DNA from: Bacteroidota bacterium
GTDB taxonomy: Bacteria > Bacteroidota > Ignavibacteria > SZUA-365
Direction: 5' to 3'
NCBI GenBank assembly: GCA_035362335.1
Contig: DAOSDL010000013.1
Span: 37,686 to 101,685 of the forward strand
Length of the DNA stretch: 64,000 bases
Made by a program: the position numbers and the translations under genes. The notes below the pieces were generated by a model. That model did not search any database. It was given only the letters and a program-made list of their open reading frames with translations, and had not been told where the DNA came from. Numbering within the stretch: position 1 is the first letter of the stretch; every line of letters starts with the position of its first letter. Below, piece after piece: positions 48,775 to 59,248 of this stretch.

Positions 48775-49320
48775 GTGTTCGTACCGAAGCGCATTTTCTT
48801 CACCAAGGGTGTCGGCAGGCACAAGGATTATCTGCAATCGTTCGAGTTGGCTCTGCGTGACGCCGATCTCGAGCAGCAAAACCTGGTCACGGTGTCCAGT
48901 ATCTATCCGCCGAATTGCAAGAAAATCAGCAAGCAGGTTGGTCTCAAGGAATTGGAACCGGGGCAGATCACCTTCGTGGTGATGGCGCGCAATGCCACCA
49001 ACGAGTGGAACCGACTCGTCGCCGCGTCCATCGGCGTCGCCATTCCCACCGACGGCACCACCTACGGCTACCTCTCCGAACATCATCCCTTCGGTGAAAC
49101 GCAGAAAGTCGCCGGCGATTACGCCGAGGACCTCGCGGCCACCATGCTCGCTACGACACTGGGTGTGGACTTCGATCCGGACAAGGCCTGGGACGAGCGC
49201 GAGCAATTGTACAAGGCCTCGGGCAAGCTGTTCAAATCCTTCAACGTCACTCAATCCGCCGAAGGCAAGCTCGGTCTCTGGACGACCGTGGTGGCCTGCG
49301 CGGTGCTGCTCCCCGAATAA
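48775..49320 (+). CDS. pdaD: Pyruvoyl-dependent arginine decarboxylase (PdaD family).
   Basis: The N-terminus [28 protein letters not shown] and the Ser-Ser self-cleavage site (VTVSSIYPP) fit PdaD. It has a GTG start with an AGGAGG Shine-Dalgarno. Confidence 0.75.
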   Translation: MFVPKRIFFTKGVGRHKDYLQSFELALRDADLEQQNLVTVSSIYPPNCKKISKQVGLKELEPGQITFVVMARNATNEWNRLVAASIGVAIPTDGTTYGYLSEHHPFGETQKVAGDYAEDLAATMLATTLGVDFDPDKAWDEREQLYKASGKLFKSFNVTQSAEGKLGLWTTVVACAVLLPE

Positions 49321-49341
49321 CTCTCCGTTTGCGGGGGCGGG

Positions 49342-49785
49342 TCAGTCCCGCCCCTGCGCTTCGTAGCTCTCGATCAGTGCCCGTAAATGCTCGGGCACGG
49401 GCGATGGCGTATTCGTTTGTTCATCCACATGCACCAGCACATGCGTGCCGCGCGCGGCCACGCTTCCATCCGCTTTCAGCGCCACATGCTCGAAGGTGAT
49501 GCTGCTGTTCCCCACCGCCGATACGCGTGTACGTATGTCCAGCAACTCATCGTACAGCGCGGGTGCGGCGTAATCGCAGGTGTTGCGCACCACAAAAAAT
49601 TTGTCGTGCGTGACAAAGGTGCCTTCGTCGATAGCCATGCCGATCGCGCGCACATACTCCACGCGCGCCTCCTCGAAGTAGTAGAAATACCAGAGATTGT
49701 GCACCACGTTCTGACGGTCCACGTGATAGGAGCGCACCCGTAGCGGGTGGCTGTGGCGAAAGATCGCGCCCGGGTCGGTGCTCAT
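49342..49785 (-). CDS. Acyl-CoA thioesterase, hotdog fold (4HBT/YbgC-like).
   Basis: The sequence [34 protein letters not shown] is characteristic. The start MSTDPGAIF has its ATG overlapping the ltaE stop. Confidence 0.7.
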   Translation of the reverse strand: MSTDPGAIFRHSHPLRVRSYHVDRQNVVHNLWYFYYFEEARVEYVRAIGMAIDEGTFVTHDKFFVVRNTCDYAAPALYDELLDIRTRVSAVGNSSITFEHVALKADGSVAARGTHVLVHVDEQTNTPSPVPEHLRALIESYEAQGRD

Positions 49786-50810
49786 GCGAATTCCTCCTGA
49801 CATATCGCGCAGGCTTCGTCCACCTGCGCATCGGTGAGATCGAGGTGAAACACGGCCCGTAGCGCATTGCCCATGCCGCGGCCGATCAGCACGCCTCGGC
49901 CAGCAAGGCGCTCCAGCGCCACACCCGCATCTGTGCCGCCTTCCGGAAATTCCAGCAGCACCATGTTGCTCTGCACACGCGCCATATCCACACGCACGCG
50001 GCCGCAACCCTGCAATGCCGCGGCAAAGCGGCGCGCGCGCGCATGATCCACGGCCAGCAGCGGCAGGTGTTCGCCCAGCGCATGCATGGCCGCCGCAGCC
50101 AACACGCCGGCCTGGCGCATTCCTCCGCCGAAAATCTTGCGGAATTTGTGCGCGCGTGTGATCAGTTCGCGCGACCCCAGCAGCATCGATCCCACCGGAG
50201 CACCAAGTCCTTTGGAAAAACACACGGCTATGCTGTCCACCAACGCGCCGTACTCGTGCAACGGAGTGCCCGAGGCCACATGCGCGTTCCATATCCGCGC
50301 GCCATCGAGATGCAGCGGCAGCGCGGCGTCGCGGCAGGCGGCGGCCAGAGCGCGCAGCTGCTCGATGGGATACAACGTACCACCCCAGCGGTTGTGTGTG
50401 TTTTCGATGCAGAGAAGCGCGGTGCGCGGATAGTAATAATCGCTCGGCCGCACTGCGGCCAGCACCTGCGCGGGATCGAGCACACCGAGTGTGCTCGGCA
50501 AGGGATGCAACTGCACGGCGGACATCATGGCAGGAGCGCCGGTTTCGTATCGAAAAATGTGCGCCTCGCGTTCCACCAGCACCTCGTCGCCCGGCACGGT
50601 CCATGCCTTGATGGCAATCTGATTGGCGAGCACGCCCGTGGGCGTGAACAGCGCCGCCTCTTTGCCGAACAGCGCCGCCACGTGCTCCTGCAAGGCGTTG
50701 ACCGTGGGATCCTCGCCATACACATCATCGCCAACGGGCGCCCGCATCATGGCTTCGAGCATGGCGTGCGTGGGGCGAGTGACGGTATCGCTTCGAAGAT
50801 CTATGCTCAT
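49782..50810 (-). CDS. ltaE: Low-specificity L-threonine aldolase (PLP-dependent).
   Basis: The N-terminus is [19 protein letters not shown] and a PLP lysine region ([14 protein letters not shown]) is present. Confidence 0.85.
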   Translation of the reverse strand: MSIDLRSDTVTRPTHAMLEAMMRAPVGDDVYGEDPTVNALQEHVAALFGKEAALFTPTGVLANQIAIKAWTVPGDEVLVEREAHIFRYETGAPAMMSAVQLHPLPSTLGVLDPAQVLAAVRPSDYYYPRTALLCIENTHNRWGGTLYPIEQLRALAAACRDAALPLHLDGARIWNAHVASGTPLHEYGALVDSIAVCFSKGLGAPVGSMLLGSRELITRAHKFRKIFGGGMRQAGVLAAAAMHALGEHLPLLAVDHARARRFAAALQGCGRVRVDMARVQSNMVLLEFPEGGTDAGVALERLAGRGVLIGRGMGNALRAVFHLDLTDAQVDEACAICQEEFA

Positions 50811-50814
50811 GATA

Positions 50815-52473
50815 TCACTTCCTGTAATGGATGACGATCACCGACAGCAACAGCAGCAAACCGCTGGCCACGGTGGTGCCAATGGGCAGCCAATCGCCAT
50901 GCCGGGTGTAAAAGGTGCTTTCGGTACTCGTTCGAATGGTGGACACAATGGCCGTGCGCGTGTACAGCTCGGTCTCGTCCCATACATCGCCATAGGCCGA
51001 AATGAAACAGCTGATGCCGTTGTTGGCGCAGCGCGCCACATCGCGGCGATTCTCAATGGCCCGCAGCACGGTGTAGCGCTGAAGTTGGTACGGACCTGAT
51101 GTCGGACCGAACCATCCGTCATTGGTGATCACCGCGAAGGCCTGCGCGCCGCGCGCGGCGAAGCCCGCCACGAACGAGGGATACAGCGTTTCGTAGCAGA
51201 TCATGGGCCAGAGGCCGACCTCCCCCCGCGCCGTGCGGAGGCGCAGCACAGTGGTATCATTCCCCAACCCCCAGTTGCTGATGCCCACACCCCAGGTGAG
51301 TGCATCCTGCAAAAACGGTAGCGCATCGAGATATGGTATGCGCTCGCTCAGCGGCGTGAGGCGCGACTTCTTGTAAATCTGCGGCATGCCATCGCCCGGC
51401 TGCGCAAGCAAGGCGGAGTTGAAGTCGTGGTAACGGATATCTGTGCCCGATATCTGCCGTGCGCTGCCCGGAGCAGTGGCCGCGTCGGTATAGAACACGG
51501 TGTGCGGGAAGCCGCTGAGCAGCGGCACGCCCACGCTGTCGATATGCCGCCGCAGGGCATTCCACTCTTCTGCGAACGAGGGTTGGAGTATGCGGAAAGG
51601 AATGGCCGTTTCCGGCAGCAGCACCACATCCGGACGGAACGCAGCCAGCGAATCGTACAGCCGCAGCAGGCCGCGCAGCTTCATCATCGGCGTTTCGCCG
51701 CTCCCCCACTTGTCGTAAGGATCCACGTCGGGTTGGATGATGCCGACGCGCAGTGTGCCGCCCTCGTCCACGCGGGCCTCGCGCACCGCCACGCCATGCA
51801 ACAACGGCGCCGCTTGCAGCAACAGGAATACGGCGAGCGTAAGCAGCGCCGGACGCGAATTCCATGTCCAATCTTTCTTCTGCAACTGCCGCGCAAGCAC
51901 GTACAACAACGCGTTGATGCAGGCAACCCAGAATGTGATACCGAAACTGCCTGTGGCGGTGATGAACTGTATGGAGAGCTGATTGTAGGTCTGCGTGTTC
52001 GCAAGCACCATCCATGGGAACGACAGTTCGGGTAAATGCGCCAGCCACTCCCAGGTGGTCCACACGAAGGGAAATCCCGCGGCCATGACAAGCGGGCCCA
52101 GGCGCCGACGGATGAAGTACAGAGCGAGCGAGGGAATGGTGAACAGCAGCGGATGGACGAAGTTCACCACCACGCCAGCGACTTTCAACCAGGGATCGTC
52201 GCCCGCCCAACCGCTGATCCAATAAATGGTACCGAAATTGGCGATGAGAAATGCCAGATACGCGTAGCGGAACGCGCCCGCCGCATAGCGCTGCTGCTCG
52301 AGTACGTAAAGCAACGGCACGAAGGCGATGAAGGCGAAATAGCCGAAAGGAATGGGGGGAAACGAGGCGGCGAGCAAGACGCCCGCAAGCGCGGCGAGCA
52401 GCAGCAACGTGCGCCGCGAAAACGGCTGCAGCGCGGTGCGCGCCATGTAATCGTTTCGCGTAATGATTTTCAT
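50815..52473 (-). CDS. lnt: Apolipoprotein N-acyltransferase.
   Basis: A multi-TM N-terminus is followed by a CN-hydrolase domain ([15 protein letters not shown]...LLPETAIPF...MICYETLYP). The start [10 protein letters not shown] overlaps the PAP2 stop as ATGA. Confidence 0.85.
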   Translation of the reverse strand: MKIITRNDYMARTALQPFSRRTLLLLAALAGVLLAASFPPIPFGYFAFIAFVPLLYVLEQQRYAAGAFRYAYLAFLIANFGTIYWISGWAGDDPWLKVAGVVVNFVHPLLFTIPSLALYFIRRRLGPLVMAAGFPFVWTTWEWLAHLPELSFPWMVLANTQTYNQLSIQFITATGSFGITFWVACINALLYVLARQLQKKDWTWNSRPALLTLAVFLLLQAAPLLHGVAVREARVDEGGTLRVGIIQPDVDPYDKWGSGETPMMKLRGLLRLYDSLAAFRPDVVLLPETAIPFRILQPSFAEEWNALRRHIDSVGVPLLSGFPHTVFYTDAATAPGSARQISGTDIRYHDFNSALLAQPGDGMPQIYKKSRLTPLSERIPYLDALPFLQDALTWGVGISNWGLGNDTTVLRLRTARGEVGLWPMICYETLYPSFVAGFAARGAQAFAVITNDGWFGPTSGPYQLQRYTVLRAIENRRDVARCANNGISCFISAYGDVWDETELYTRTAIVSTIRTSTESTFYTRHGDWLPIGTTVASGLLLLLSVIVIHYRK

Positions 52474-53051
52474 GATGCCGGCTTCGTCCTCCGTTGTTCG
52501 CGCCATTGCCGCAGCAACGGGGCGATGCGTTCATAACTCCACGCCACTCCCGCCGCCACAGCGGTGCCCAGCAGCGCGCCTCCGAGCAAATCGGAAAAAT
52601 AGTGCACACCCACGTACACGCGCGAAAACGCCACCAATACCGCCCAGAGCAGCAGCCACGGACGTGCCACGGGATAGAAATGCGCCACCAGTACCGCCAT
52701 GGCGAAATTGTTCGTGGCATGCGACGAGGGAAAGGACTTCCCTCCCCCGCAGCCAACCAGCAAACGTACATCCTCCAGCGTGTGGCAGGGACGCAGGCGT
52801 CCAAACAGCGGCTTGACCACGAAGCTGCTGAGTTGATCGCTGATGGTGATGGTGAGCAGGAGCAACGCCACGGTGATGACGCCTCGCTTCTTGCCGAATA
52901 CCATCAATGCAATGAGCGTCACCGCGTAGATGATGTAGAAATTCTTGACTTCGGTGATGAATGGGAAAAAGACATCCCCCACCGGATTGGCCAGCATGCT
53001 GTTGCCGAAGCGGAACAGCGCCACATCGATGCCGTACAGCCACTCGGCCAT
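52470..53051 (-). CDS. PAP2-family phosphatase (undecaprenyl-diphosphate / lipid phosphatase-like).
   Basis: The PAP2 motifs are KPLFGRLRP, PSSH and SRVYVGVHYFSDLLGG. The start is MAEWLYGID. Confidence 0.75.
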   Translation of the reverse strand: MAEWLYGIDVALFRFGNSMLANPVGDVFFPFITEVKNFYIIYAVTLIALMVFGKKRGVITVALLLLTITISDQLSSFVVKPLFGRLRPCHTLEDVRLLVGCGGGKSFPSSHATNNFAMAVLVAHFYPVARPWLLLWAVLVAFSRVYVGVHYFSDLLGGALLGTAVAAGVAWSYERIAPLLRQWREQRRTKPAS

Positions 53052-53686
53052 CACACCGTCTCCTTGCCGTTCGCATCGCCGTTCCGGCGCGCACGCGATT
53101 TCCACCACACGCGCACTCCCCAGATGGCCAGCGCCAGCAGTACCACCACGGTGATGATGCGGCTGTATGTGTCCATGTAATCGCCGATCATGCGCCAGTT
53201 GTCGCCCACCGCATAGCCCGATGCAACCAGGATGCTGTTCCACAACAGCGCGCTCGCGGCCGACAGTATGGTGGTGATCACGAGATTCATTTCGGCGATG
53301 CCGGTGCAGAAGCTGATCACCGCCCGCGTTCCCGAAAGGAAGCGGTTGGCGATGACCACCCAGTAACCGTAGCGGCCAAACCAGGCGTGCACCTTTTGTA
53401 TCAGCTCGTGGGAAATGAATTTGATGCGGCCCGCCTCCAACACCCTCTCGCCGAACTGATAGCCCAGCCAGTACATGGTGACGAAGCCCAACGTGCTGCC
53501 CGCTGTGGCCGCTATCACGGTCAACGCCAGCGTCCCTTTGCCGATGGCTACGAGCGACCCGACAAATACCACGACCACATCACTTGGAAACGGTGGGAAA
53601 ATATTCTCCAGATATGCCACGGCAAAGACAATGACGTACAGCCACAGCGCATCGACACTGGAGAGCCACGCGATCAATTCCTCCAT
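53051..53686 (-). CDS. DedA/TVP38-family membrane protein.
   Basis: The sequence LYVIVFAVAYLENIFPPFPSDVVVVFVG is a DedA signature. Confidence 0.8.
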   Translation of the reverse strand: MEELIAWLSSVDALWLYVIVFAVAYLENIFPPFPSDVVVVFVGSLVAIGKGTLALTVIAATAGSTLGFVTMYWLGYQFGERVLEAGRIKFISHELIQKVHAWFGRYGYWVVIANRFLSGTRAVISFCTGIAEMNLVITTILSAASALLWNSILVASGYAVGDNWRMIGDYMDTYSRIITVVVLLALAIWGVRVWWKSRARRNGDANGKETV

Positions 53687-53692
53687 GCGTCC

Positions 53693-54178
53693 TCAGGCCT
53701 TCCTGTACAGCATGGCGACGGCATGCGCTTCCACCCCTTCGCCTCGTCCCACAAATCCCATGCGCTCGGCCGTGGTTGCCTTCAGCGACACCGCATCCTC
53801 CGGCACACCGCAGGCCTCGGCAATGCAGGCGCGCATCGCGGACTTGTAGGGCAGGATTTTCGGGCGCTCCAGCACCAGCGTGGCGTCGATATTGCCTACC
53901 GTCCAGCCGGCCTCGCCGATGCGCCGCACGCAGACGCGCAGCAAATCCACACTCGACGCAGCTCTGTACTGCGCATCGGTGTCGGGAAAATGTTCTCCGA
54001 TATCGCCCAGGGCGGCTGCGCCGAGCAGGGCATCGCAGATCGCGTGCAACAGCACATCGCCGTCGGAATGCGCCACGGTGCCGAAATCGGAGGGTATGGT
54101 CACGCCCCCCAGCACCAGCGACTCCCCCGCCGCCAGACGGTGCGTGTCGTAGCCCAAACCCACTCGAAATGGATGCAT
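53693..54178 (-). CDS. ispF: 2-C-methyl-D-erythritol 2,4-cyclodiphosphate synthase.
   Basis: The sequence RVGLGYDTHRLAAGESLVLGGVTIPSDFGTVAHSDGDVLLHAI is characteristic of IspF. Confidence 0.9.
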   Translation of the reverse strand: MHPFRVGLGYDTHRLAAGESLVLGGVTIPSDFGTVAHSDGDVLLHAICDALLGAAALGDIGEHFPDTDAQYRAASSVDLLRVCVRRIGEAGWTVGNIDATLVLERPKILPYKSAMRACIAEACGVPEDAVSLKATTAERMGFVGRGEGVEAHAVAMLYRKA

Positions 54179-54180
54179 GC

Positions 54181-54453
54181 TCAACGAACCTCGAAAGTGG
54201 AACACTGTTCACCGACCGACGGCCAATCCACGCGCACATCGCGCACGTGCGCCGAGCGTGGACCCACGCGCAGATCCCGCAGCAACTGCTCCAGTGCCGC
54301 ACGTGGACCGTGCGCCAGCACCTCCACCGAACCATCAGGCCGGTTTCGTACCCAACCGCACAGCCCGAGCGCCTCGGCGTTCCGCAGGACAAACCAACGA
54401 AAACCGACACCCTGGACAAGACCCTGTATCACCGCGTGCATTGCCTCGGTCAT
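54181..54453 (-). CDS. acyP: Acylphosphatase.
   Basis: The motifs VQGVGFRWFV and GWVRNRPDGSVE are present. Confidence 0.8.
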   Translation of the reverse strand: MTEAMHAVIQGLVQGVGFRWFVLRNAEALGLCGWVRNRPDGSVEVLAHGPRAALEQLLRDLRVGPRSAHVRDVRVDWPSVGEQCSTFEVR

Positions 54454-54596
54454 TCCCAAATATACACGGAAATCGTGAATGGCGAAGGCATCAGGCGAGC
54501 AGTCCATCGACCCCGCTGCGCGCAGCGGGTGTGACGAATGCGAAACGGGCGCGAGGCCTCGCCCCGCGCCCGTTCGCACACGCGTGTTCCGCGTTA

Positions 54597-56762
54597 TCAG
54601 TTGCCGATGCGTCCCGCGCGCAATTCCTTCGCGAGGCGATCCAGCTTGTAGATGTGGTTGATCGCTTCGATCATGCCCGCGCTGTGCACAGACACGGTGC
54701 GATTGCCCATCTCGGGCGCGAAAATGAATTCGCCCGGCAGACTCTCGATGTTGCCATCGAATGCCAGACCCACCACTTCCTTGTTGCGGTTGATGAGCGG
54801 ACTACCGGAGTTGCCACCGATGATGTCGTTGGTGGACACGAAGTTCAGCGGCGTGCTCATGTTGAAACCCGCCGGCGGATTGAGCCAACGCTCGGGCAGT
54901 GCCCACTGCTCGTCGCCCGGGAAGGAGAAGTGACGGTCGTACATGCCGTAGAACGTCGTGTATGCCGGCGCCTTCGTGCCGTTGTACTCATACCCTTCCA
55001 CCACACCGTCGCTGATGCGCAGCGTGAACGTGGCATCGGGAGGAATGGAGGTGCCGTAGATTTCGAACAGTGCACGACCGAGCTGCGCGTTGTTCACTTC
55101 GTCGCGCGCGGCGAATTCCTGCTGCACCTTCTGCGCGGCCTGCTGACGCGGCACGGCCATGCGGGCGATGACCACGAGAGGATCGTTGGAACTGCGAATG
55201 GACTCGGGGAAGCCCGCGGCGAATTCCATGAAGCGCACGGAATCCTTCAGCATGGTCTCGTTCAGCAAACGCTGCGCCGCCTGCTCGGGCGTCTGACCCT
55301 TGAGAGCGAATTGCACGAGGGGATCGCCATCACCCAGCCATTTCACCATCTGTCCGAGTTTTTTGGCCAGCACCATGCGCTCCATTTCCATATCGGGCGC
55401 CTTGAACTTGCTCATGTTGCGAATGGTCAGCTTCAACGCGTCGCCCTTGTACTGCTTTGCGCGCTCCTCTTCGGGTTTATCAAGCGCAACCACCAGACGG
55501 GCAAGACTCATGGCCTGAGTCAAATATTCCGGCACGCTCAGCATTTCGAAACGCATGCCGAGCAAATCCGGCGCCACGGCGCGCACCTTGGCGCGCGATT
55601 CGGCGATCTCGTTCCAAAGATGACCGTACTTGGCTTTCAGCGACGGATCCGCCATGACTTTGGCGCGGAACTTCGCGTCGAAATCCTTGCGACGCTGCAT
55701 CAGCACGTCGTTGCGCAGGCCTTCGAGCTGCCCCTTGTAGGCCTTCTGACCGTTGGCCAGGCTGAACACCTGATTGATCATCTCGTCCTTTTTCTCGGGA
55801 TGCTTGGCGATGTAGGTCTTCAGCACATCCACCTGATCGTCGAGCAGGCCGGAAATCCACGGGAACTGAATGTCGCGATTGAACTCGAGCTGGTCGCTGG
55901 TGCTCAGACGGCTGGTGCTGCCGGGATTGCCCACGGTGAACACGAGTTCGCCTTCCTTCGGGCCATTGGCGCTCCATTTGTAAAAATGCTTCGTCTTCAG
56001 CGGCTTGCCATCCTCGCCGTACACGCGGAAGAAGTTGCAATCCAGGGTGTATCGCGGATAGGTGAAGTTGTCGTCATCGCCACCGAAAAAGCCCAAGGAC
56101 AATTCGGGCGAGAACACGAGGCGCACGTCGTCGTAACGCTTGAACACATAGGCCGAGTACTTGCCGCCGTTGAAGAAGGTCACGAGCTGGCAGCGATTGC
56201 CGGTTTCTTCGGCGATCTTGCCTTCGAGTTCCTCCAGCTTCGCATCACGCGCCTTCAGTTTTTCCGTATCGCCGGTCACGGCGTCGATCGCGGCATTCAC
56301 TTCGTTGGTGACGTCGCGAATTTCCACCAGCTGCTCGACAAACAACTCGGGCACCTTGCGCTCGTCTTCGAGCGTCATGGCGATGAAGCCGTCGCGGGTC
56401 AGGTTCTCGCCCTCACGCGAAACGGCTTCCACCGCGTCGCGGCCGCAATGATGATTGGTCATCACCAGACCGTCCTCGCTCACGAAGGAAGCCGAGCAGT
56501 ACGTGGCAAAACGCAGCGCCGACATGCGCACGTCGTCCATCCATTCCTGATTCGGCGTGAAGTTGTACTGCTCCTTGAAATACTGCATCGGCGGATAATC
56601 GAAGGTCCACATGCGGCCATTGTCGAAACGGCCGGCTTCGATTTTCGCCAGTTCCTGCTGCTTCTGTTGCTCGTACGGAGTCAATTCCTGCGTGCCGCCA
56701 CAGCCGATAATAAACAGCGTGGCCAGGAGCAGGTACAAACCGTTGTGTAGCGTTCTGCGCAT
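54597..56762 (-). CDS. S46-family dipeptidyl-peptidase (DPP7/DPP11-like) lipoprotein.
   Basis: The lipobox is FIIGCGG. The catalytic His lies in VMTNHHCG and the catalytic Ser in IIGGNSGSPLIN. Confidence 0.8.
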   Translation of the reverse strand: MRRTLHNGLYLLLATLFIIGCGGTQELTPYEQQKQQELAKIEAGRFDNGRMWTFDYPPMQYFKEQYNFTPNQEWMDDVRMSALRFATYCSASFVSEDGLVMTNHHCGRDAVEAVSREGENLTRDGFIAMTLEDERKVPELFVEQLVEIRDVTNEVNAAIDAVTGDTEKLKARDAKLEELEGKIAEETGNRCQLVTFFNGGKYSAYVFKRYDDVRLVFSPELSLGFFGGDDDNFTYPRYTLDCNFFRVYGEDGKPLKTKHFYKWSANGPKEGELVFTVGNPGSTSRLSTSDQLEFNRDIQFPWISGLLDDQVDVLKTYIAKHPEKKDEMINQVFSLANGQKAYKGQLEGLRNDVLMQRRKDFDAKFRAKVMADPSLKAKYGHLWNEIAESRAKVRAVAPDLLGMRFEMLSVPEYLTQAMSLARLVVALDKPEEERAKQYKGDALKLTIRNMSKFKAPDMEMERMVLAKKLGQMVKWLGDGDPLVQFALKGQTPEQAAQRLLNETMLKDSVRFMEFAAGFPESIRSSNDPLVVIARMAVPRQQAAQKVQQEFAARDEVNNAQLGRALFEIYGTSIPPDATFTLRISDGVVEGYEYNGTKAPAYTTFYGMYDRHFSFPGDEQWALPERWLNPPAGFNMSTPLNFVSTNDIIGGNSGSPLINRNKEVVGLAFDGNIESLPGEFIFAPEMGNRTVSVHSAGMIEAINHIYKLDRLAKELRAGRIGN

Positions 56763-56954
56763 ACGATATCCTGTAAGTGAAAGGGTTGTCAGCGCTCGAT
56801 GCTCCCCGAAAGGAGTAATATGAAATGTACGAAAAACCGGAATGCGGATGGAATGGGCGCGGGCATCGAGATTGCGCCGAGTGTCGCATCGAAACCGATA
56901 CGATGCTGTGTGGTGGAAGTTGCGCTTGTGGTGAGAAAAAGTAAAAACACAAAT

Positions 56955-57017
56955 CGCACGGATCGGGTGGGATTGCTCACAGCTTGCTCTGTGCCAATCC
57001 GCACTCCATCCGTGCGA
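56955..57017. repeat. 10-bp perfect inverted repeat (tcgcacggat / atccgtgcga) with a 43-nt spacer, between the two S46 genes.
   Basis: Seen directly in the sequence; it lies in the 299-bp intergenic region upstream of the 54597-56762 gene. Confidence 0.3.
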
Positions 57018-57061
57018 TCTGTTGCTCTCGACTTCGCTACCGGAGCGGAGCCAGCTATCTG

Positions 57062-59248
57062 CTACTGCATTTTGCCACTCTCAAGCTCGCGTGCCACACG
57101 CTCGGCCTTGAAAATATGGCGAACGGCTTCGAGTATGCCCGAGCTGTGCACCGATACGGTGCGATTGCCCATGTCCTCGGCGAAAATGAAGTCGCCGGGC
57201 AGACTCTCGATATTGCCGTCGAAAATCAAACCCACGATCTGCCGCTCCTTGTTGATCATCGGACTGCCGGAGTTGCCACCGATGATATCGTTGGTGGAGG
57301 CGAAATCCATGGGCGTGGCGAGATTGAAGGACGCGGGGGGATTCTGCCAGCGCTGCGGCAAGTGCCACGCTTCCTGTCCGGGGAAGGAATGGAAACGATC
57401 GTACATGCCATAGAACGTGGTGAACGCCGGCGCCTTGGTGCCGTTGTACTCGTAGCCCTTCACTATACCGTCGGCGATGCGCAGCGTGAACGTGGCGTCC
57501 GGCGGAATGGCGGTGCCATACACATCGAACAATGCGCGGCCCAGCAGCGTGCGGTTCACCTGATCCGAGGCGCTCACCTCGTTGCTCACCGCGGCAGCAG
57601 CTTCGAAGCGCGGCACAGCCATGCGTGCAAGCACGATGAAAGGATCGTCGGACTGTTCGATGCTCGCAGGTGCGCCGGCAATCAGCGCGGCCAGCTTGAG
57701 CGAATCACCCAACACGGTCGACGCCAGCATGGCACGTGCGGCTTCCGTGGCCGGACGGCCTTGCAGAGCCTTGAGCACCACGGGATCGTTCGCACCCAGC
57801 ATCTTCACCATCATGCCGAATTGACGCTCGAGCACAAGTTGCTCCAGCGCCTTGTCACTGCTCACCGGCTTGCCCAGTGTGCGCTTGGTCAGCTCGATGG
57901 CGTCGGCTTTGTACGGCTTCTGACGCTCGGCATCGGGTTTGGCGCTTTCCAACACCAAGCGCACCAACGATCCGGCCTTCGAGAAATGGTCGGACACGCC
58001 GAGTCCGCCCGGACGCAAACCGTAGAGTTCGCCGGCCACGGTGCGCAGACGCGCGCGCGTCGTGGCAATATCGTCCCATACCGACCCGTATTTCGCGGCC
58101 AGCGCGGGCTTGGCCATCACCGCGGCTTTGAACTGCCGGTCGAAATCGCGGCGGCGTGCCATCAGCACGTCGTTGCGCAGACCATCGAGGCGACCCATGT
58201 ACGCTTTCTGCGAATTCGACATGCTGAGCAAATCGGTGCGCAGTTCGTCACGCTTGGCGGGGTTCAATTCCGAGTAGCGCAGCAGCACCTCCATGCGATC
58301 GTTGATGAGCTGGAATACGGCGGGATACTGCACGTCGCGGTAGTATTCGAGTTGCTCGGTGGTGCTCAGACGATTGGTGCTGCCCGGGTTGCCCACCACG
58401 AACACCAACTCGTCCTCTTTCGCACCGGCCTTGCTCCATTCGAACCAGTTGACGGGCTTCACCGGCTTGCCATCGTCATCGTACAGACGGAAAAAGGTCA
58501 CATCCAGGCCGTAACGCGGATAGGTGAAGTTGTCGTACTCACCGCCGAAATGCGCGGCCTGCAGCTCGGGAGCGAACACGATGCGCGCATCGCTGTAGCG
58601 CTTGTAGAGATACAGCGAGTACTTGCCACCGTTGTACAGCGTCACGACTTGCGCGCGCAGCTTGCTGTCCTTCTCGACGTTCTCCTGAATCTCCTTGATT
58701 TTCGCATCACGTGCCGCGATGGCATCCTTGTCCGATGCGGCCGCGTCCATCACCGCATGCACGTCCTTGGTGACGTCGCGGATTTCCACGAGCTGGTCGA
58801 AATACACTTTCGGCACTTTGCGCTCATCACCCGGCGTCTCGGCGAAAAATCCGCTGTCGAGCAACTTCTCGCCGTCCTTTTGAATGTCCACCAGCGCTGT
58901 GCGCGAGCAGTGATGGTTGGTCATCACCAGGCCGTCGGCGCTGACAAAGGCGGCCGAGCAGCCGGTGCTCATGCGCAGCGAGGAGAGGCGCACATCCTCC
59001 ATCCAAGAGTTGTCGGGACGGAAGCCATAGGCCTCGGCGAAGTAGTCGAGCGGCGGATAATCGAAGGTCCACATGCGGCCGCTGTCGAAGCGACCTGCCT
59101 TGACCTGCGCGAGTTCCGCCTGCTTGGCCGCCTCGTAGGACGACACCGCGGTCGAACTTCCGCCGCAACCCGAGATCACCGCGAGCACGGCGAGCAGCGA
59201 GACGATTCCGGCGATTCTGCGTAACGATTGCATCATCATGTACCTCAT
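57062..59248 (-). CDS. S46-family dipeptidyl-peptidase lipoprotein, paralogue of 54597-56762.
   Basis: The lipobox is VISGCGG. The catalytic motifs are VMTNHHCS and IIGGNSGSPMIN. It is co-linear with the neighbour along its full length. Confidence 0.8.
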   Translation of the reverse strand: MRYMMMQSLRRIAGIVSLLAVLAVISGCGGSSTAVSSYEAAKQAELAQVKAGRFDSGRMWTFDYPPLDYFAEAYGFRPDNSWMEDVRLSSLRMSTGCSAAFVSADGLVMTNHHCSRTALVDIQKDGEKLLDSGFFAETPGDERKVPKVYFDQLVEIRDVTKDVHAVMDAAASDKDAIAARDAKIKEIQENVEKDSKLRAQVVTLYNGGKYSLYLYKRYSDARIVFAPELQAAHFGGEYDNFTYPRYGLDVTFFRLYDDDGKPVKPVNWFEWSKAGAKEDELVFVVGNPGSTNRLSTTEQLEYYRDVQYPAVFQLINDRMEVLLRYSELNPAKRDELRTDLLSMSNSQKAYMGRLDGLRNDVLMARRRDFDRQFKAAVMAKPALAAKYGSVWDDIATTRARLRTVAGELYGLRPGGLGVSDHFSKAGSLVRLVLESAKPDAERQKPYKADAIELTKRTLGKPVSSDKALEQLVLERQFGMMVKMLGANDPVVLKALQGRPATEAARAMLASTVLGDSLKLAALIAGAPASIEQSDDPFIVLARMAVPRFEAAAAVSNEVSASDQVNRTLLGRALFDVYGTAIPPDATFTLRIADGIVKGYEYNGTKAPAFTTFYGMYDRFHSFPGQEAWHLPQRWQNPPASFNLATPMDFASTNDIIGGNSGSPMINKERQIVGLIFDGNIESLPGDFIFAEDMGNRTVSVHSSGILEAVRHIFKAERVARELESGKMQ

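Noticed and set aside
54177-59224. Two ~750-857-aa plus-strand ORFs (54177..56750, 56984..59224) antisense to the S46 peptidase genes
   Set aside because: These are shadow ORFs. The minus-strand genes carry intact catalytic motifs and lipoprotein signals.
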